A stretch of DNA of 63,430 nucleotides, counting the filler, from Chiloscyllium plagiosum (taxonomy: Eukaryota), in NCBI RefSeq assembly GCF_004010195.1. It is 4 parts of one record of this genome, joined end to end, with 100 filler letters (N's around TTAATTAATTAA, not from the genome) between each part and the next. Parts side by side here need not be neighbours in the genome. Positions count along the whole stretch, not along the records: positions 24,417 to 51,380 come from NC_057716.1; positions 51,481 to 61,816 come from NC_057716.1; 2 more parts are not named here. One strand, 5' to 3'. The stretch's first letter is position 1. Each line of letters begins with the position of its first letter. The position numbers and the translations under genes are program-made. Shown one piece after another: positions 48,665 to 61,916 of the stretch. The notes under the pieces were generated by a model. It saw nothing but the letters and a program-made list of their open reading frames with translations. It made no database searches and was not told where the DNA came from.

Positions 48665-49460
48665 CAACAAATCTAGCCCACCTTTAAGAAGGGAGGGAAC
48701 AATGGAGAACTTCAGACCTGTTAGTTTGATGCCAGTAGGGAAAGTATTAGAATCTCAGATCAATAATGTGGTAACGTTATTTTGATTGTCAAGCTAAGAA
48801 TTCTTAAGAGTCCACATGGAAGGGAAATCATGTCTGACATGGGAGCTTTTTGAGGCAATATTACTTGTAGCATTGAAAAAGAACCTCAGCATGTGGTGAT
48901 GTAGACTTTCAGAAGGTTTTTGATAAGATCTCACACAGGACATTAAAAAACAAACTTAGGAGATGAGTTTGAGTGTAATATACTGCTGTGCTTTGAGGAT
49001 TGGTTACAAGACAGAATGCACAGCATAGGAGAATAAAAGGGTCATTCTCAAAATGGCAGGCTATTGTAAAAGGATCAAAGCAATTCTATGCAAATGACTT
49101 AGCAGACAAATTGTAATATTTCCAGATTTGCTGATGATACAAAACTAAGTGGGAATGTAAGGAGGTCTCAGACAGGCAAAGTGAATGGGCAAGAACATGG
49201 CAGACAGAGTATAGTGTCAGTATATAGTTATGCACTTAAGAAAAGCAAAGCTCTTTTTTTAAAAAAGAAAGAGAGAACGGGAAGTGATATCCAAAGGGAC
49301 CGGGATGTCCTTGTTAGTAAGTCATTAAAGCTAGCATGCAGGTGCAGCAAGCAACAGAAAGGTAAATGGAATACTGGCCCTTAACACAAGGGGATTTGAG
49401 TTCCAAGTAGAGATAAGTTGTTGCAATTGTATACAGTCTTGGTGAGACCTCATTGAGAGT
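48665..49460 (+). mobile_element. Old CR1 RT relic
   Basis: DFQKVFDKISH, RFADDTKL. Confidence 0.75.
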
Positions 49461-49461
49461 A

Positions 49462-50220
49462 GTCATAGCGCTGTACTGCATGGAAACAGACCCTTCAGTC
49501 CAACTTATCCATGCAGACCAGATTATCTATATTAATCTAGTCCAATTTGTCAGTATTTGGCCCATATCCTTCTAAACCCTTCCTATTCATATAACTATCA
49601 GGAAACCTTTTAAACATTGTTATTGTATCAGCCTCCACATCCTCAGCTCATGCCATACATGGACCACCCTGTGTCTGAAAAGGTTGTCCCTTAGGTTCCG
49701 TTTAAATCCTTTCCCTCTCACCTTAAACCTATGCTCTCTAGTTTTATACTTGCCCACCCTGGGGAAAAGGCCTTGGCTATTTACCTTATCCATGCCCATC
49801 ATGGATTTTATAAATCCTTATAACGTCATCCCTCAGCCTCTGACGCTCCAGGAAAAATAGCCCCAGTCTATTCAGCCTCGACCTTATAGCTCAAACCTCC
49901 CAACCCCAGCAACATGCTTGTGAATCTTTTGTGAACCATTTTAAGTTTCACAACACTCTTCTTATAGCAGGGAGACTAGAAATGCATACAGTATTCAAAA
50001 AGTGGCCTAACCACTGTACTGTACAACCACAACATGACCTCCCAATCCCTATACTCAATGTATTGACCAATAGAGACGAGCATACTAAATGCTTTCTTCA
50101 CTATCCTGTCGACTTGGGACTCCACTTTCAAGATACTATGAACCTGCACTCCAAGGTCTCTCTTTTTTTCTCTCAGCAACACTCCCCATTAAATGTATAG
50201 GTCCTGCTCTGATTTGCCTG
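49462..50220 (-). mobile_element. CR1 3' part
   Basis: RDLGVQVHS..FEYCMHF. Confidence 0.9.
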
Positions 50221-50929
50221 TCCAACAGTCAGCCCTTGACCAGTACTTGGCTCATTGAGTGATCTTCTGTTATCCTGCAATCTTGTTCAAAACACAATTG
50301 CAACTAGAAGATTTTTGAAAGGAGCTTTTCCTCCAGTCGAGGCTAGGTCTCTCACTCATTTCCTTCCTGAAGCTGATCTGCAGTAAATGTGGGCAAGAAA
50401 CACAATCCGTGATCGGAGAAGCAGTGAGTAAGGATCGCAAGGCCTGGAATGGGCAAGAGCGGGATGAGGACGGTGAGAACACAACAGGGAGACAGTTGAG
50501 AGCGCGATGGGTGTGGATTGAGTGTGATGTGATGGGTGGTGTGGGTTAATGCGTGACAGTGGGAAGGGAAGATGGTGAGTCACTCAGCTGGGCAGGGTCA
50601 ATGAGGGTGGAAGAGAAGAGCGTCTGATGGGTGGTGAGTGACTGGACGGAGTTTGGAAATAGAGGGAATTAATTACTGGGGCAAGCTAGTTGAGTGAATG
50701 ACTGACTAGCTGGGGAATAGGGTGTGGAGTTGTAACTAGGTAGGAGATTGCTGAATGGGTGGATAACTAGTGTGTAGGGAGATGGATAGGTAGATGGGAC
50801 TGAGCCAGATTCTGTCAGTCACGCACACCACATCACAACCTCTCCACCCTCCACAAAACCCCATCATCCAAAAAGCAACCTGAGAAGGGATGAAAAGCCA
50901 GACTGAAAGAAACCTGGTTCCAACACTTA

Positions 50930-51380
50930 CTTTCATATTGAGGACTTGATAGTTCGGGGCACAGATAGGCGGTTTTGTGGGGGCGAGAGAGACTCACATT
51001 TGGTATGTTGCCTCCCAGGTGCAAGGGTATGTGACATCTCTGATCGTGTTTTCCGGGTCCTTAAGGGGGAGGTGGAGCAGCTCGAAGTCGTGGTCCACAT
51101 TGGCACCAACGACATAGGTAGGAAGAGGGCTGAGGATGTTAGACAGGCTTTCAGGGAGCTAGGTTGGAAGCTCAGTTAGAACCAGAGTTGTTGACTCTGG
51201 TTTGTTACCCGTGCCACGTGATAGAGAGTCAAGGAATAGGGAGAGAACAGGGCTACAGGGATGGTGCAGGAGGGAGAGATTCCGGTATCTGGATAACTGG
51301 GGTTCTTTCTGGGGAAGGTGGGACCTCTATATACAGGATGGTCTACACCTGAACCTGAGGGGCACCAGTATCCTTGGTGG
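50930..51380 (+). mobile_element. CR1 ORF1 esterase fragment
   Basis: VVVHIGTNDI, DGLHLN. Confidence 0.88.
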
Positions 51381-51480
51381 NNNNNNNNNNNNNNNNNNNN
51401 NNNNNNNNNNNNNNNNNNNNNNNNTTAATTAATTAANNNNNNNNNNNNNNNNNNNNNNNNNNNNNNNNNNNNNNNNNNNN

Positions 51481-52260
51481 GGTGTCCCGAACGTAGGTGG
51501 GGAGTTCTTGGACTAAGGGGGACAGGACCGTGTCGAGGTATGCAGAGATGAGTTCGGTGGGGCAGGAGCAGGCTGAGACAATGGGTCGGCCGGGGCAGTC
51601 AGGTTTGTGGATTTTGGGCAGGAGGTAGAAACGGCCGGTGCGGGGTTGTGGGACTATGAGGTTGGAGGCGGTGGATGGGAGATCCGCTGAGGTGATGAGG
51701 TTATGGATGGTCTGGGAGATGATGGTTTGGTGGTGGGAGGTGGGGTCAAGGGGGCAGTAGGAGGAGGTGTCCGCGAGCTGGCGTTTAGCCTCAGCGGTGT
51801 AAATGTCGGTGCGCCAAACTACTACCGCGCCTCCCTTGTCTGCCGGTTTGTTAGTGAGGTTGGGGTTGGAACGGAGGGAAACGCCTCATNNNNNNNNNNN
51901 NNNNNNNNNNNNNNNNNNNNNNNNNNNCCCCCCACCTTGTCTCAGTCAAATCCCTCGAACTCAGCACCGCCTTCCTAACCTGCAATCTTCTTCCTGACCT
52001 CTTTCCCCCCCCACTCCCACTCCGGCCTATCACCCTCACCTTGACCTTCTTCCACCTATCGCATTTCCAACGCCCCTCCCCCAAGTCCCTCCTCCTGACC
52101 TTTTATCTTAGCCTGTTGGACACACTGTCCTCATTCCTGAAGAACGGCTCATGCCCGAAACGTCGATTCTCCTGCTCCTTGCATGCTGCCTGACCTGCTG
52201 CGCTTTTCCAGCAACACATTTTCGGCTCTGATCTCCAGCATCTGCAGTCCTCACTTCCTC
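51481..52260. mobile_element. Penelope-like RT fragment (minus, 51481-51889) and pLTR (plus, 51928-52260)
   Basis: Minus: [26 protein letters not shown]; plus: CUGAAGA..GAAACGUC at 52137. Confidence 0.85.
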
Positions 52261-52369
52261 CTGTTTTATGTATTGGTTTATTTTTCTGTGTTTTAAGATG
52301 GTGCCAAAGAGTGGCAATACTGTACAATCCTTTTCACTGTATTTTGTAATAAAATAAATGACAATAAGT

Positions 52370-53900
52370 ATAGTGCCAGAGAACTGACAGCTGATGTAAC
52401 TTCTATATTTAAGAAGGAAGGCAGTAGACGAAAAGGGAATTATAGATCAGTCAGCTTAACAATAATGTTGGAAAATGATTCTCTTCTAAAGGAGAGAATA
52501 GAAAAAAATACAGAAAACAGTATCACATTGAATAGTCTATGAATTTCACATTGGTAAGTCTTGCTGAGCCAACTTCATTGAATTGTTTTGTGAAAGTAGT
52601 GGAGAAAATAGACAACAATAATAGCTGTAATTTATCTGAATTTTCAAAGTGTTTGATATGGTGTGCCATAGTCCAAACAATAAGATCTGAGAATGCAGAG
52701 TTGGAGTCGAAATGACAGAATGGATTTCTGGCTGGATCAAAACTGAAAACAACTTGGGGGTCGAGGCTAATTATTCAGAACTGCAGAATGTGGAAAATGC
52801 TTTTCTACAAGGTTCACAACTGAAACAATTATTTTGATGTTTTTGCTGCAGACTTTGGAATCAAAAATATGATTAAGTGCAGTTGTCACCAAATTTAGGA
52901 AGTGTGGGATGGTAAAGGAATAGTCAATATCAAGGGAGGAGAATTGATTTGAATTACAGGGTGACATCAATAAACTTGCAGAATGGGCAAATAGTTAGTA
53001 AATGAAGTCCAGGCACACATTTATATGGTTTAAGACCTGTTTGGCAGGAAGCATAGAAAAGGTACTCATTAGTTAGAAAAAAGCATACGTCGGCACGGTG
53101 GCGCAGTGGTTAGCACTGCTGCCTCACAGCACCAGGGTCCCAGGTTTGATTCCAGCCTCGGGCGACTGTCTGTGTGGAGTTTGCATGTTCTCCCCATGTC
53201 TGTGTGGGTTTCTTCCAGGTGCACCGGTTTCTTCCCACAGTCCAAAGATGTGTAGGTCAGGTGAATTGGCCATGCTAAATTTCCCCATAGTGTTAGATGC
53301 ATGGGTGGGTTACTCTTCGGAGGGTCGGTGTGGACTTGTTGGGCCGAAGGGCCTGCTTCCACACTGTAGGGAATCTAATCTAATCCAGTACATAGACAAC
53401 AGAGGGAACATTTGATAAGAAGATACAAAGAAGAGACTGGGAAAGAAGTAATAGAAAGTTCAAATTGAACATAGGTAGAGGAACAAAACAATCATGCTGT
53501 ACAAATACTCTAATTGTTAGAAGGAGTAAAAGTCATTAAAATAAGGCTCTAGATTTCCAGTAGGATCAAATTATGAATGAGGATGTTATGTTAAATCTAT
53601 ATGCCAAGACCTGGTTGGACCAAACTTAATAGTGCATGCAGTCTGGTCACCATATTGTTAAAACAATAGAAGCACTGAAGGTTTTACTTGAGAAGGTTTT
53701 ACAATGATGTGGGAAATTCTAGGGCATATGTACAAAGGCTTATAAAAAATATTTTCTAATCAGCCTGATTAGAGATGTTATTACACACTTCTGTAGTAGG
53801 TGGGACTTGAACTCAGGTCTCCTGGCTCAGAGATAGGTCTTTACCACTGCACCACATTCGAGAGAGCAAAGACTGAAGGATAACCTAAAATCATAAAAGG
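52370..53900 (+). mobile_element. Very old CR1 relic with V-SINE insertion at 53090-53385
   Basis: GNYRSVSLT and degenerate RT; typical SINE. Confidence 0.75.
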
Positions 53901-54589
53901 ATGCATGTCGTCTCCATGGATTATATTCACATCACATTTTGACATACTGAACTTGTACTTGCAAAATTTTTTTTTAAGAAAAGCGCTAAAGGATGAATAT
54001 GGTGCTCATTTATGCTCGTAGGTGAGATATTCATATGTACTACCATAGGTTCAATTGCTTGTGCATTTGCTAGTTGCTCCTGCATTGTAAGTGATTAAGA
54101 CTTCACTCTGAGTGCTGAAAGCCTTTCAAGAGGAATCAGAACAAAAGAATTTCAAGTGACTTGCAGAGAATCCAAGAATCTTGAAATTGCTCAGCATTCA
54201 ATTTTCTGCTATCTTCTCCTCATTCATGACCCAGGGACACATCCAAATAGTTCTAACAATTTTGTCTCTTTTTAAACTCATTTTTCATTTCTAATTTGTG
54301 TTATTTCTGCTTGCATTCACCAATTAACTTGCTGTTTTGTTAATTCAAGAAAGCTTGATTAAATTGGCTTCTTTGTCTGGGAGAAAAGTATCCACAAGGG
54401 AGGAAATCCTTTCGAATTAACCTTTGTTGGGGAGCCAGTCCATGCTTCCTCACCAGGAGCTTTGCAATTTAGGGTGTTTTATCTGAAACAATGATAAATT
54501 TAGGAATCTTGCCTGTCGACTGTCATGACAGTATGATATAAAGAGAAGGAAGTATTTCTGCTTGCTGACCACCAGTAGAAAATGGTCAT

Positions 54590-56465
54590 TATGAACCTTT
54601 ACATGTGTCTTTACCAAGGAGGTGGATGCTACCCAGGCCATGGTGACACAGGAGGCAACTCTGTCAATAGAAGCTTTTGAACTTAGTAAGATTTTGGATA
54701 GACTGTTAGTACTTAAAGTTGACAAGGCACTGGCACTGAATGAGATTGGAAGGTATACTGGCCATAATCTTTCTACCTTCCCTATACTTGGGAGGGAATT
54801 GGCAGAGGACTGGAGAATTCCAAACGTCGCACCTTGTTTTAAAAGGTTGTAAGGATAAGCCCCTGCACTTCCAAACCAGTCAGGTTAACATCCATGGTGG
54901 GGAAGCTTCTAGAAACAATTATTCAGGATAGAGTTAATAGTCATATAGGAAAAGTTGTATTGTTTAGGAAGATACAGCATGGATTTTCAAAGGAGAAATT
55001 GTTTAATTTGCGGAAGTTTTTGAAGAGGTAACAGGGTTAATGAGAGTAATTCTGGTGGTCTTTATGGACTTTCAAAAGGCATTCAATACATTTCCACACA
55101 AACTAGAAAATTTAACTCATGGAGTAAAGAGGACAGTTGCAACATTAATACAAAATTGGTTGAGTAATATGAAACAGTGAATAATGTTTAATGGATACTT
55201 TTCGAGCTGGAGAAAGGTTTTTAATAGAGTTCCCCAAGGATTGGTGTTGTGACCCATTCTATTCTTGATGTGCAGATGATTTTGCAGATGATACAAAACT
55301 TTGTTACATTGTAAACTGCAGTAGGACACTGTAGAACTAAAAAAGTATGCAGGTAATTTGGTGAAGTGGGCAGATAAGTGGCAGCCCAATAAGTTCAATG
55401 CAGAAAAGTGTGAGGCGATGTATTTTGGTAGGAAGAATATGGACAGGCCATCTTTCAAAAAAGAAGTGGAGTACAATTCTTAGGGTGGTGCAGAGGCAGA
55501 GAACCTTAGTGTATTTGTCCACAAATCATTGAACGTGTCAGGACAAATAGAGAACACAAATAATAAAGCATCCAAGTGTCCGAGACTTTATTAATAGTGA
55601 CCTAAAGTATAAGAGCAAATAAGTTATATTTAGCTCAGACAAGACTGTTCAGACCTTTTATTGAAGTATTGTGTACAGCTTTGAACTTTACATGATGGGA
55701 AGGTGTGAATGAAGATGTGAATTGAAGACAATGTAGAAGAAATTTCGAAGACATATCATTTATGAGGATATATTGGAGAGTTTGGAATTACTTTCCTTGT
55801 AGCGAAAGCAGCTAATTGGAGGTCTAATAGAAGTTCTGAAAGTCGTGAAAGCAGCTAATTGGAGGTCTAATAGAAGTTCTGAAAGTCGTGATGCCACTTG
55901 TAAAAACAATTGAGAACAAGAGGGTACAAACTAAGTGATTTACAAAAGTAGCACGTGTGTTCGGGAAAATAACTTCTCAATGCAACAAGCGGTTTGCACT
56001 GGGATGCTCTGCCTGGAAGTGTAGTAGAGGCAGGTTCACTTGAGCCATTCGAGAGGATGAAAGGCTCCTTCTGCACTATAGCGCTTCTATGATTCTGGAA
56101 AATAATATAAAGAATTCAAAGAAACTCTTTTATCCAAAGTAGTAAGCTTGTGAAATTTACTAATGTGGAATGATTGAAGTGAATAGCGCCCCTGGAGTGG
56201 TGATAGGCTTTAGGTAAGAAGGAAAGATTTAACATATCCCAAGGGTCTTTTTCGTGCAGATTGGTGTCTGTATGGAACAAGCTGCCAGAGGAGGTGGGGA
56301 ACGCAGGTAAAACTACAACATTTAAAAGACATCTGGATGGGAAGGGTTTAAAGGGATACGGGACATATGCTGGCAAATGGGACTAGTTCAGTTTAGGATA
56401 TCTGGTCGGCACAGACAAGTTGGACTGAAAGGTTAGTTTCCATGCTGTACCTCTCTGACTCTATG
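54590..56465 (+). mobile_element. Old CR1 relic plus additional CR1 tails
   Basis: EDWRIPNV, MDFQKAF, FADDTK; ~44-bp tandem duplication at 55804-55891. Confidence 0.8.
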
Positions 56466-56989
56466 ATTAGTAGAGATGCACTTACTAGAAACCTAAATTA
56501 GCAAGTGAGGGAGAAGGGTGTATAGAGTCACATTGATCAATTTCGGCAAGGAAAGATGTGAGGAGGCTCTGGTGGGGCATGGATATTGGCACAGGAATGG
56601 AATACCATAACGGCCTGCTTCTGTGCCATAGCTCCTATATAATCTTGTGTAGTTCTTTTCAACTATGACTTCATTCCGGATACCATTATTGAGTGACTTA
56701 AGGTTGTCGACTCTGACCGAATCCTGAGCTGGTATCAAATTATTTTGATGGTTAGCACTAATAAGATAGAATTGACTTATTATCAATTAACTTTAGAACC
56801 TGGAAGTCCCATAATATTTTAACAGGCTTTTGTTAAATTTTGCTTATGGGATGTTGGCAGTGCTGGAAGAATTGATATTGCCGATCTCTAGTTGCACTGA
56901 GAAGGTGGTGGTGAACTGTTGTCTTGAATTACTACATGTGGAGGCAGGTATAGTGCTGCTAGGGAGGGACTAAATCCCATATTTGCATG

Positions 56990-57210
56990 GCTGACCCATC
57001 TAGCCTACACATTCCTGAATGCTATGGGGTAATTTAGCCCAGCCAATCCATCTAACGTGCATATCATTGGATTTGGGAGGAAAGCAGAGCACCTGGAGAA
57101 AACCCATGCAGACATAGGGAGAATGTGCAAGCTCCATGCAGACAATTCAAAGTGAAATCAAACTTGTGCTGTGAAGCAGTAGTGCTAACCACTGAGCCAC
57201 CGTGCTACCC
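56990..57210 (-). mobile_element. Diverged V-SINE
   Basis: Head gcacggtggctcagtggttagcac and degenerate V-domain. Confidence 0.8.
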
Positions 57211-58429
57211 CTAAGAGTTATAACTCTAAATTCTCTACACCAGGCAGTTGTAGATGCTGTGTAGATGAATGAAATAGACTGAGATGGGCGTGTATTTGGC
57301 CTTTCGGTGAATTGAGAGATACATGGCACTGCTAAGAAAGTAGAATTGAGACAGAAGATCAGTCATGATCATATTGAATGGCAGGGCAGACGTCAGGGAC
57401 CGTATGATTTACTGCTGCTCATATTTGTTTTGGCCTCTTAGACCTGGATGGTGTTGAGCTTCTGGCACTCATCCTGACTAGCCTCCAAGAACCATAACCA
57501 TTTTCCTTTTGTGCTAGGTATGACTTCAATTTATGGAATATTTTCCACATGATCCTCATTAATTTCAAACTTCTGTCTTGCATTCTACTGTTTTTTGTTC
57601 ATGTTTAAGCGAAGGCTCTAATGATGTCTTGAGCAAAGTTGCCCAAATGTAACAATTCTAGCAGCGTCCCATCCTTAACATCTAAAGAGAAATCCAAAAC
57701 CCAACGATGAATTGAAAAAAAGTTATGTTTCTATATAAAAGCAAAATTTCTATATAAAACTAGCAACATTAACTTAACACCATGGTTCATAACTAACGCA
57801 TTGTGAATTAAAATAAACACCAAACACTACCATTTGCACTTTGAAATAAAATCTCACTACTTTAATTCAGCTGCTCCCTTTTATAATTTGACCCCCCACC
57901 CCACCCCACCCAATCCCAACCCAACCCAATCAGTTTCTTGAAGACAACCTCTTTTTGAAATTAAATCAAAGTGGTATAGCCATCAGGAATTCGCTTTGAT
58001 TTTTCTCACTATTCCAGCTATTATGAGATATGAGCTTCCTTAGGATCCTTCCACTAACCTCATGTAATGCAATAATCCATCACTTGTTAAGCATCGTACA
58101 TGACACAGTCCAGATCAAGGGTGGCTTCACTGCACTTTTGCTTGTCTCTCCATCTCAAAACTAGTCTGATTTCCATCTAGTCTAGATCTTAAGAATCTCT
58201 TTCTCTGCCTGTTGATTTTGGGACTTAAACACAATAAGTTGGGTGCTTTAGCTCCAACCCAACAGAACACTTCCCAAAATTCCAAACAAGATTCTACTCT
58301 GAATTACCCATCCCTCTGGTATTAGAGGCTGAATTGTCCAATAGGCTTTTAAGATTAACTTTAAAACAAACATTTTGACCTTGTGATCTCAGGACGATGC
58401 AGCTCCTGTTTCAAGTTTTCGAACCAAAT

Positions 58430-60955
58430 TAGAGTCATAGAGTCACAGAGATGTACAGCATGGAAACAGACCCTTCAGTCCAACCCATCCATACCGACCC
58501 AATCTAGTCCCACCTGCCAGCACCCGGCCCAAACCCTTCCTATCCATATACCATCCATATGCCTCTCAAATGTTGCAATTGTACCAGCCTCCACCACTTC
58601 CTCCGGCAGCTCATTCCATACACGTACCACCGTCTGTGTGAAAATGTTGCTCTGTAGGTCTCTTTTATATCTTTCCACTCTCACCCTATACCTATGTCCT
58701 CTAGTTCTGAACTCCCCAATCCCAGGGAAAAGACTTTGCCTATTTATCCTATCCATGCCCCTCATAATTTTGTAAACCTCTATAAGGTCATCCCTTAGCC
58801 TCTTACACTCCTGGGAAAACAGTCCCAGCCTGTTCAGCCTCTCCCTATGGCTCAAATCCTCCAACCCTGGCAACATCTTTGTAAATCTTTTCTGAACCCT
58901 TTCAAGTTTCACAGCATCCTTCCGATAGGAAGGAGACCAGAATTGCATGCAATATTCCAACAGTGACCTAACCAATGTCCTGTACAGCNNNNNNNNNNNN
59001 NNNNNNNNNNNNNNNNNNNNNNNNNNNNNNNNNNNNNNNNNNNNNNNNNNNNNNNNNNNNNNNNNNNNNNNNNNNNNNNNNNNNNNNNNNNNNNNNNNNN
59101 NNNNNNNNNNNNNNNNNNNNNNNNNNNNNNNNNNNNNNNNNNNNNNNNNNNNNNNNNNNNNNNNNNNNNNNNNNNNNNNNNNNNNNNNNNNNNNNNNNNN
59201 NNNNNNNNNNNNNNNNNNNNNNNNNNNNNNNNNNNNNNNNNNNNNNNNNNNNNNNNNNNNNNNNNNNNNNNNNNNNNNNNNNNNNNNNNNNNNNNNNNNN
59301 NNNNNNNNNNNNNNNNNNNNNNNNNNNNNNNNNNNNNNNNNNNNNNNNNNNNNNNNNNNGTCCATATAGATCACATCTACTGCTCTGCCCTCATCAATCC
59401 TCTTTGTTACTTCTGCAAAAAACTCAATGAAGTTTCTGAGATATGATTTCCCACGCACAAAGCCATGTTGACTATCCCAAATCAGCACTGTCCTCATGAC
59501 ATGTCCTACCTGCCAATCTCCCTTCCCACCTATCCGCTCCCACCCTCACTCTGACCTATCACCTCCATTCCCACTCTCATTCACCTATTGTACTCTTTGC
59601 AACCTTCTCCCCAGCCCCACCCCTCCATTTATCTCTCCACCCTGGAGGCTCCCTGCCTCTATCCCTGATGAAGGGCTTTTACCCGAAATGTTGATTTTCC
59701 TGCTCCTTGTATGCTGCCTGACCTGCTGTGCTTTTCCAGCACCACTCTAATCTAAACCCTATCCCTAATCAGAACTTGCATTTCCAAATACATGTACATC
59801 CTGTCCCTCAGGATTCCCTCCAACACCTTGCCCACCATCGACGTCAGGCTCACTGGTCTATAGTACCCTGGCTTGTCCTTACCACCCTTCTTAAACAGTG
59901 GCACCACGTTAGCCAACCTCCAGTCTTCCGGCACCTCACCTGTGACTATCGGTGAGAAATATCTCAGCAAGAAGCCCAGCAATCACTTCCCTAGCTATCC
60001 ACAGAGTTCTAGGGTCCACCTGATCAGGTCCTGGGGATTTATCCACCTTCATGCATTTCAAGGCATCCAGCTCTTCCTCCTTGTAATATGGGCATTTTAC
60101 AAGATGTCACCATCTATATCCCTACAGTCTATATCTTCCATATCCTTTTCCACAGTAAATACTGATGCAAAATACTCATTTAGTATCTCCCCCATTTTCT
60201 GTGGCTCCACACAAAGGCTGCCTTGCTGATCTTTGAGGGTCCTATTCTCTGAGGAGAAAGTGAGGGCTGCAGATGCTGGAGATCCTGAAGAAGGGCTTAT
60301 GCCCAAAACGTCGATTCTCCTGTTCCTTGGATGCTGCTTGACCTGCTGCGCTTTTCCATCAATACATTTTCAGATCCTATTCTCTCCCTAGTTTCCCTTT
60401 TGTCCTTAATGTATTTGTAAAAACTCTTTGGATTCTCCTTAATTCTATTTGCCAAAGCTATCTCATGTCCCTTTTTTGCCCTCCTGATTTCCCTCTTAAG
60501 TATACTCCTACTTCTTTTATACTCTTCTAAGGATTCACTTGATCTATCCTGTCTGTACCTGACATGCTTCCTTCTTTTTCTTAACCAAACCCTCAATTTC
60601 TTTAGTCATCCATAATTTCCTATACCTATCAGCCTTTCCTTTCACCCTAACAGGAATTTACTTTCTCTAGATTCTCATTATCTCATTTCTGAAGGCTTCC
60701 CATTTTCCAGCCATCCCTTTACCTGTGAACATCTGCCCCCAATCAGCTTTTGAAAGTTCTTGCCTAATACTGTCAAAATTAGCCTTTCTCAAATGTAGAA
60801 CTTCAACGTTTACATTTGGTCTATCCTTTTCCATCATTATTTTAAATCTAATAGAATTATGGTCGCTGGCCCCAAAGTGCTCCCCCACTGACACCTCAGT
60901 CACCTGCCCTGCCTTATTTCCCAAGAGTAGGTCAAGTTTTGCACTGTCTCTAGTA
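58430..60955 (-). mobile_element. CR1 ORF2 with a gap and two P1 insertions (59486-59758, 60251-60374)
   Basis: SDHNS, PGYYRPVSLTS, LEYCMQFWS; target duplications around both insertions. Confidence 0.95.
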
Positions 60956-61397
60956 AGTAGCCTATCTGCTGTTCCATACCCCTCTCTTCTATTTGATTGA
61001 CTGACCTGGATTTGTAAGTGATGTTATCTTGCAAGCTAAAGAATCGTGTACATTCCAAAAAATGGCCACCAGTCTTGAAAGTAGTGACATCAAGGTTAGT
61101 CTGTGTATCAGCTGTGAGGAAACCAAGGTAATGACGAAACATCAACAAAATTTTGCAAAGCAGCATTGATTTTCCATATGATCAGTAATTCCAACATTAA
61201 CGAATCAACAGCTGCAATTCGACGTAACCATAGTATTAATCATTAGTTACGTCAGTGAGATATGGAAGGGAACCGTAAATCTGTCGCAATTATACCCCTC
61301 AGTGCTCTGTTTCAGCCATAAGGATTCAGTTTATACATTTGACTCAGCATATAAAGCTAAAAACTTTGAGACACTTTACATCCCCTGATTCTAGGTC

Positions 61398-61816
61398 TAG
61401 AGTCAGTATGGATAGAGCTGAGACCCTAAGGGTAAAAAGACCCTCTTGGGAGTTATCTACAGGCCCCCAAACAGTAGTCTGGATGTCGGATGTAAGTTGA
61501 ATCAGGAGCGAAATTGGCCTGTCGAGAAGATGTTACTACAGTTGTTATGGGGGATTTCAACATACAGGTAGTCTGGGAGAATCAGGATGGTATTGGACCT
61601 CAAGAAAGAGACTTTGTGGAGTGCCTCCGACATGGATTCTTAGAACAGCTGATGCTGGAGCCTACCAGGGAGCTGGCAATTCTGGATCTGGTATTGTGCA
61701 ACGAACCAGAATTGATCAGAGACCTCGAAGTGAAGGAGCCATTGGGAAGTAGTGACCATAATACAGTAAGCTTCAATCTGCAATTTGAGAGGAAGAGGGT
61801 ACAATCGGAAGTGACA
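61398..61816 (+). mobile_element. CR1 endonuclease fragment
   Basis: YRPP, GDFN, ILDLVL, SDHN. Confidence 0.88.
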
Positions 61817-61916
61817 NNNNNNNNNNNNNNNNNNNNNNNNNNNNNNNNNNNNNNNNNNNNTTAATTAATTAANNNNNNNNNNNNNNNNNNNNNNNNNNNN
61901 NNNNNNNNNNNNNNNN

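Noticed and set aside
58475..59497. 340-aa ORF
   Set aside because: Open only because it crosses an N gap inside a CR1.
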